Part shown: in pieces, positions 59,532 to 64,000 of the stretch | Position numbering within the stretch: position 1 is the first letter of the stretch | How the letters are laid out: every line of letters starts with the position of its first letter | Assembly (NCBI GenBank): GCA_902511425.1 | Contig: CABXFE010000002.1 | Coordinates: 1,943-65,942, forward strand | Source of the DNA: an uncultured SAR86 cluster bacterium | Lineage (GTDB): Bacteria > Pseudomonadota > Gammaproteobacteria > Magnimaribacterales > D2472 | Length of the DNA: 64,000 bases | Direction of reading: 5' to 3' | Position numbers and translations under genes: made by a program | The notes under the pieces: generated by a model | The model's database searches: none | The model's input: only the letters and a program-made list of their open reading frames with translations | Told to the model about the DNA's origin: nothing

Positions 59532-60647
59532 ATGAGAAATTTATTTATTTTTGTATTTCTCTCAATATATATTCTTCCCTTTAATCTAAAAGCATTAGAT
59601 CTAAGCAATCTTGAGTTAGAAGATGGCTTTGAAATTTCTATTTTCTCAGAAAACTTAGATGCACCAAGGCAGATGGCTGAAGGAGAAAATGGAACTATTT
59701 TTGTTGGAGAGAGAGGTGGCCAGATATTAGCATTAATAGATTCTGACAAAAATGGACAAGTCGATTCCAAAATTATTATTGCAAAGAACCTTGAGTATTC
59801 AACGGGCATCAGTCTTTTTGATGGAGATTTATATTTTTCTGAAATAAGCAAGATATGGAAAATTGAAAATGTAGAAAAGTGGATTAGTAATTACACAACT
59901 GATTCCAATTTTCCTAAAAAAATTCTTGTATTAGATAATTTACCTGATGATCAATGGCATGGTTGGAAATGGCTAAGACATGATCAACAAGGAGGCCTTT
60001 ACTTTAATGTTGGAGCGCCATGCAATATTTGTCTATCGGAAAATCCTCAATATGCCTCAATTTTAAAGTATCAAGATAGCGAGCTTAATTATATTGCAAA
60101 AGGGGTCAGGAATAGTGTTGGGTTTGATTTTCATCCAGTCAGTAAGCTACTTTTTTTCACTGATAATGGAAGAGATTGGCTAGGAGATGACTCCCCATCT
60201 TGTGAGTTAAACAGAGTAGATTTTGATGGGCAGTTTTTTGGATACCCATTTAAGCATGCATCAAAGGTTATTGATCCAGAATTTGGTCATATAAATCCAG
60301 GCTATGATTTTGTTGATCCAATCTTAGAGCTTGGTGCTCATGTTGCTCCTACAGGCATAAGTTTTTATAACGCTGATATGTTTCCAGCAAAAATGAAAAA
60401 CAATCTTTTTATAGTCTTGCATGGCTCATGGAATAGAACTGAAAAAGTCGGCTATAAAGTAATTCGAGTTGAAATAGATGAAAGTGGCAATGTCATCAAT
60501 ACAAATGATTTTATTACTGGATGGCTAAAAAATGGCAAAGTTTTTGGCAGACCTTCAGCTCCATTGGTTAGGAATGACGGAAGTCTTTTATTATCTGATG
60601 ATAAAGCAAATGTTATTTATCAAGTTACATATCAAAATTCACCATGA
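59532..60647 (+). CDS. PQQ-dependent (soluble glucose/sorbosone dehydrogenase-like) beta-propeller sugar dehydrogenase
   Basis: Signal peptide, repeated beta-propeller-like blades, and segments GVRNSVGFDFHP and APTGISFY typical of the GSDH/sorbosone dehydrogenase family. Confidence 0.55.
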   Translation: MRNLFIFVFLSIYILPFNLKALDLSNLELEDGFEISIFSENLDAPRQMAEGENGTIFVGERGGQILALIDSDKNGQVDSKIIIAKNLEYSTGISLFDGDLYFSEISKIWKIENVEKWISNYTTDSNFPKKILVLDNLPDDQWHGWKWLRHDQQGGLYFNVGAPCNICLSENPQYASILKYQDSELNYIAKGVRNSVGFDFHPVSKLLFFTDNGRDWLGDDSPSCELNRVDFDGQFFGYPFKHASKVIDPEFGHINPGYDFVDPILELGAHVAPTGISFYNADMFPAKMKNNLFIVLHGSWNRTEKVGYKVIRVEIDESGNVINTNDFITGWLKNGKVFGRPSAPLVRNDGSLLLSDDKANVIYQVTYQNSP

Positions 60648-60744
60648 GAGATTGTATTGCTAGCTATTATATTGATTAAAAATTCGTCCATGTTTCAATC
60701 AATTTCTAGGTTTTTTGGATCTTACTTTAGAGGTTCATTTTTAA

Positions 60745-61494
60745 ATGATTGATTTTAACCAGTCTTTACAAATCGCCAAATCAGCCGCATTGCTTGCTGG
60801 AGACTTTTTGTTCAAAGCTCAGGGGAGTGATCTTAAAATTTTATTAAATCAGGATCGAGATCTTAAGCTTCAACTTGATATTGATACTGAGAAGATTATA
60901 AAAGATTACGTATTATCTCACAGTAATTATTCAATCCTGGGAGAAGAGACTGGCCTCAGCGGTGAACAGGGGGAATTCTTCTGGGTTATAGATCCCCTTG
61001 ATGGCACATCAAATTTTTTAAGAGGTATTCCAATCAGTTGTGTTTCTATTGCATTAATGCATGAATTGGAACCAGTACTCGGGGTCATTTATGACTTTAA
61101 TCATCAGGAGCTTTACTCTGGGCACAAGGAATCTAAAGCTTATTTAAATGATCAAGAAATCCAGGTATCTTCATTATCTTTAAAAAATGAATCCACTTTA
61201 GTTACAGGCATACCAGCAAAAACTAATTATTCAGATGATGAGTTTAATCAACTGATATCTACCTTCCAGTCTTGGAAAAAAATTAGAATGATTGGATCTG
61301 CAGCAATGGCAGCAGTATATGTAGCAGCAGGAAAAGCAGAAAGATATCAAGAGAAAGGAATTTTTCTATGGGATGTTGCAGCTGGTGCATCTATTGTAAG
61401 TGCCGCAGGGGGAAAAGTATCAATAAGCAATCTTCAGCCAGATTATAGGGTAGATGCAATGTTTTCTAATAATCAAATTGAAGAGATGGCTTAA
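60745..61494 (+). CDS. inositol monophosphatase family protein
   Basis: Motifs ILGEE, WVIDPLDGTSNF, GSAAMAAVYVAAG and WDVAAG. Confidence 0.85.
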   Translation: MIDFNQSLQIAKSAALLAGDFLFKAQGSDLKILLNQDRDLKLQLDIDTEKIIKDYVLSHSNYSILGEETGLSGEQGEFFWVIDPLDGTSNFLRGIPISCVSIALMHELEPVLGVIYDFNHQELYSGHKESKAYLNDQEIQVSSLSLKNESTLVTGIPAKTNYSDDEFNQLISTFQSWKKIRMIGSAAMAAVYVAAGKAERYQEKGIFLWDVAAGASIVSAAGGKVSISNLQPDYRVDAMFSNNQIEEMA

Positions 61495-62918
61495 TGGCAA
61501 AAGGATTAATTTGGTTTAGAGCGGATTTAAGGCTTGATGACAATCCTGCATTAAATGCTGCCTTGAGTGAATGCGAAGAAGTCCTCGCAATCTATATTTT
61601 TTCTCATTCTCAGTGGGAAATTCATAACGAATCAAATATTAAGCACGAGTTCTTAATTAATAATTTAATTCTGCTTAAAGAATCACTAGAAAGCTTTGGC
61701 ATTTCTCTTATTGCAATAAATACAAAATCTTACGAAGACTTACCAAAAGATTTATGCTCCATTGCAGTCGAGCAGAAAGTAGACCATGTATTCTGGAATA
61801 ATGAGTTTGGGTTTAACGAAACTATTAGAGATCAAAATTCAATAAAGTTTTTGAAGGAAAACAATATTTGCTCTTCATCGTTTCATGATCAGGTTATTTA
61901 TTCGCCAGGTTATTTAAAGACAGGTCAAGGCAATCCTTTCTCAGTTTTTACTCCATACAAGAGAAGGTGGGTTGAAAACTTTGATATGAATTTCTTGGAC
62001 ATAGCTAAGGTATCAAAACCAAAACGGCCTTCCTCAATTCATAGTGATTTATCTGCTTTAAAATTTGTTAAAACGCATTCAGCAAGTATTGACCTCTGGC
62101 CTGCTGGAGAAAGTGTTGCTCAGGAAAAGCTTGCAAACTTCCTACAATCAAAAGCTAATTCATATAGTGAATTAAGAAACTCTCCAATTATTGATGGAAC
62201 TAGTAGAATCTCACCCTACCTAGCTCTTGGCATTCTCTCCCCTAAGAGATGCATCCTGGAGGGCTTAAAACTTAATGATTTTGAGTTTACATCTGGTAAT
62301 AAAGGAATTTGTAAGTGGATTGATGAAATTGTTTGGAGAGAATTTTATCGAAATATCATGCACTCATTTCCCAAAGTAAGTATGAACCAACCCTTTCAAG
62401 AATATACAAAATATATCCAGTGGCGACATTCAAGCGAGGAGCTCGAAGCTTTTTATACTGGTAGAACGGGCTTTCCTATTGTTGATGCTGGCATAAGACA
62501 AATGCTTGCGGAAGGATGGATGCACAATCGATTAAGGATGGTGGTTGCAATGTTTTTCACAAAAAATATGCTCCATGACTGGAGACTTGGAGAAAAGTTT
62601 TTTATGGAACACTTGATAGATGGAGATTTTTGTTCTAACAATGGTGGATGGCAGTGGAGCTCCTCAACCGGCACAGATGCAGCACCTTACTTTAGAATTT
62701 TTAACCCCATAACTCAATCGCAAAATTTTGATCCTGATGGAGAATTTATTAAAAAATTCATCCCTGAATTAAAAGATGTTCCTGTTGCGCAAATTCATCA
62801 GCCACAAACCGATCTTTTTTCGTCCACTGACTATCCTGCACCAATGCTTGATTTGAAAGAATCTCGTATTAGAGCCATTCAGGCGTTCAAAGATGCCAGA
62901 GAAAATACCAGTATCTAG
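61494..62918 (+). CDS. phrB: deoxyribodipyrimidine photo-lyase (class I CPD photolyase type)
   Basis: Motifs GLIWFRADLRLDDNPAL, SRISPYLALG, WREFY, TGFPIVDAGIRQM, GWMHNRLRM, NNGGWQW and YFRIFNP. TAATG overlap with the upstream gene. Confidence 0.9.
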   Translation: MAKGLIWFRADLRLDDNPALNAALSECEEVLAIYIFSHSQWEIHNESNIKHEFLINNLILLKESLESFGISLIAINTKSYEDLPKDLCSIAVEQKVDHVFWNNEFGFNETIRDQNSIKFLKENNICSSSFHDQVIYSPGYLKTGQGNPFSVFTPYKRRWVENFDMNFLDIAKVSKPKRPSSIHSDLSALKFVKTHSASIDLWPAGESVAQEKLANFLQSKANSYSELRNSPIIDGTSRISPYLALGILSPKRCILEGLKLNDFEFTSGNKGICKWIDEIVWREFYRNIMHSFPKVSMNQPFQEYTKYIQWRHSSEELEAFYTGRTGFPIVDAGIRQMLAEGWMHNRLRMVVAMFFTKNMLHDWRLGEKFFMEHLIDGDFCSNNGGWQWSSSTGTDAAPYFRIFNPITQSQNFDPDGEFIKKFIPELKDVPVAQIHQPQTDLFSSTDYPAPMLDLKESRIRAIQAFKDARENTSI

Positions 62919-63001
62919 ATTATTGCATTACATAATCAACGCTGGAGATAATTTACAAACATCCGTTATAATTAAATTCAATTTTTTAGTGAGGTATAAA
63001 T

Positions 63002-64000
63002 ATGGCTGATCATCTAAAGTTTTACATAAATGGAGAATGGGTTAATCCATCAGGCATAGAAACGATTGAGGTTATAAATCCTTCTGATGAATCTGTAATC
63101 GGGTCTATATCTTCTGGAACTAAAGAAGATATTGATTTAGCAGTCGCCTCTGCAAAAGAAGCATTTAAAACTTTTGGTTTCTCTTCTAAAGAAGAAAGAA
63201 TTAAGTTGCTTGAAAATATTATTTCTGAATATGAAAAACGTTCAGAAGAATTAGCAAAAACAATTTCGAAAGAAATGGGCGCTCCATTATGGCTATCTAA
63301 TGTGGCTCAAGTGACATCTGGCCTATCTCATTTTAAAGATACCTTAGAGGTGTTAAAAACTTTTGAATTTGAAGGGGTTGAAAATAATTATTTAGTAAGA
63401 AAAGAGCCAATAGGTGTCATTGGGATGATTACTCCATGGAATTGGCCTATGAATCAAATGTGTACAAAAGTTGCCTCTGCTATCGCATCAGGATGCACCA
63501 TGGTATTAAAACCTAGTGAAATAACTCCATTTTGTGGAATTATATTTGCCGAAATATTGGATGCTGCAAAAGTTCCTCCCGGAGTTTTCAATCTCGTAAA
63601 TGGAATGGGTCCAATTGTCGGAGCTGCTTTATCAGAGCATCAAGATATTGATATGATGCATTTCACCGGCTCAACACGAGCTGGTGTTGCAGTTGCTATA
63701 GCGTCAGCTCCAACTGTGAAGAGAGTTGCGCAGGAGCTCGGCGGCAAGTCAGCTAACATCATCCTGGATGATGCTGATATTGAAAAAGCTGCTAGCGCTG
63801 GGGCAAATCATTGTTTTATGAATACTGGTCAATCATGTAATGCGCCAACAAGAATGCTTGTTTCATCTAAAAATTATGAAAAGGCTGTTGAAGCTGCGGC
63901 AGAAGTTGCAAATTCAACTGTAGTAGGTTCCCCAGAAGATGAGGGTGTAAAAATTGGACCAATCTCTAATAAAGTTCAGTATGAAAAAGTGCAAAGGTTA
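63002..64000 (+). CDS. NAD(P)-dependent aldehyde dehydrogenase, N-terminal 333 codons (3' end outside the window)
   Basis: Not in the ORF track because there is no stop in the window. My own translation from ATG 63002 gives MADHLKFYINGEWVNPSG...ITPWNWPMNQM...ELGGKSANII, which are ALDH-family motifs. SD GTGAGG lies upstream. Confidence 0.85.
   Translation, partial: MADHLKFYINGEWVNPSGIETIEVINPSDESVIGSISSGTKEDIDLAVASAKEAFKTFGFSSKEERIKLLENIISEYEKRSEELAKTISKEMGAPLWLSNVAQVTSGLSHFKDTLEVLKTFEFEGVENNYLVRKEPIGVIGMITPWNWPMNQMCTKVASAIASGCTMVLKPSEITPFCGIIFAEILDAAKVPPGVFNLVNGMGPIVGAALSEHQDIDMMHFTGSTRAGVAVAIASAPTVKRVAQELGGKSANIILDDADIEKAASAGANHCFMNTGQSCNAPTRMLVSSKNYEKAVEAAAEVANSTVVGSPEDEGVKIGPISNKVQYEKVQRL

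Noticed and set aside
59498-59851. 117-aa minus-strand ORF that would extend upstream of the WecA-like gene and overlap the sugar dehydrogenase start.
   Set aside because: It is antisense to the well-supported dehydrogenase ORF, has no motifs, and lies beyond the WecA-like start codon.

Overview
AT-rich (about one-third GC by eye, not computed) and very gene-dense bacterial chromosome segment. Gene content and synteny look gammaproteobacterial: pheS-pheT-ihfA, uvrC-pgsA near tRNA-Cys, and homodimeric-type aceE-aceF. This would fit a streamlined marine lineage, but I cannot assign a taxon. There are three blocks. (1) 1-7426 is a housekeeping run on the + strand: pheS (partial), pheT, ihfA, ihfB-like, pyrF, pgi, uvrC, pgsA. 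Most of these genes touch or overlap. (2) About 7.4-44.7 kb is a surface-polysaccharide island of about 37 kb, split by a tRNA-Cys at 14048-14121 and ending next to a tRNA-Pro at 44998-45074. It carries two NeuB-type nonulosonic-acid synthases, three cytidylyltransferase domains (one fused to a GT2), a PseB-like dehydratase, a DegT aminotransferase and two SAM methyltransferases. It also carries UDP-sugar dehydrogenases and an epimerase, an AsnB-like amidotransferase, rmlACBD, ugd, several glycosyltransferases, and Wzz-like and EpsG/Wzy-like proteins. An MsbA/PglK-type ABC exporter is present but no Wzx. The island ends in an export module: a long OPX (Wza/KpsD-like) protein, YjbH-like and YjbF-like proteins, and a convergently oriented Ala/Thr-rich secreted protein resembling YjbE/GfcA. 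(3) 45-64 kb is metabolism and repair. It holds an LLM oxidoreductase, aceE-aceF followed by an atypical SDR, an HsaA-like flavin monooxygenase, and a tightly packed operon of two type-B carboxylesterases plus a DUF3604 lipoprotein. It also holds a TerB-like protein, a WecA/MraY-family transferase with a large loop insertion, a PQQ-type sugar dehydrogenase, an inositol monophosphatase, a photolyase and a partial aldehyde dehydrogenase. I saw no transposase, integrase, CRISPR array, rRNA or recognisable defence genes. The most interesting material is the non-canonical nonulosonic-acid and export machinery of the island. All functional calls rest on motif recognition by eye and recalled family signatures, not on searches.
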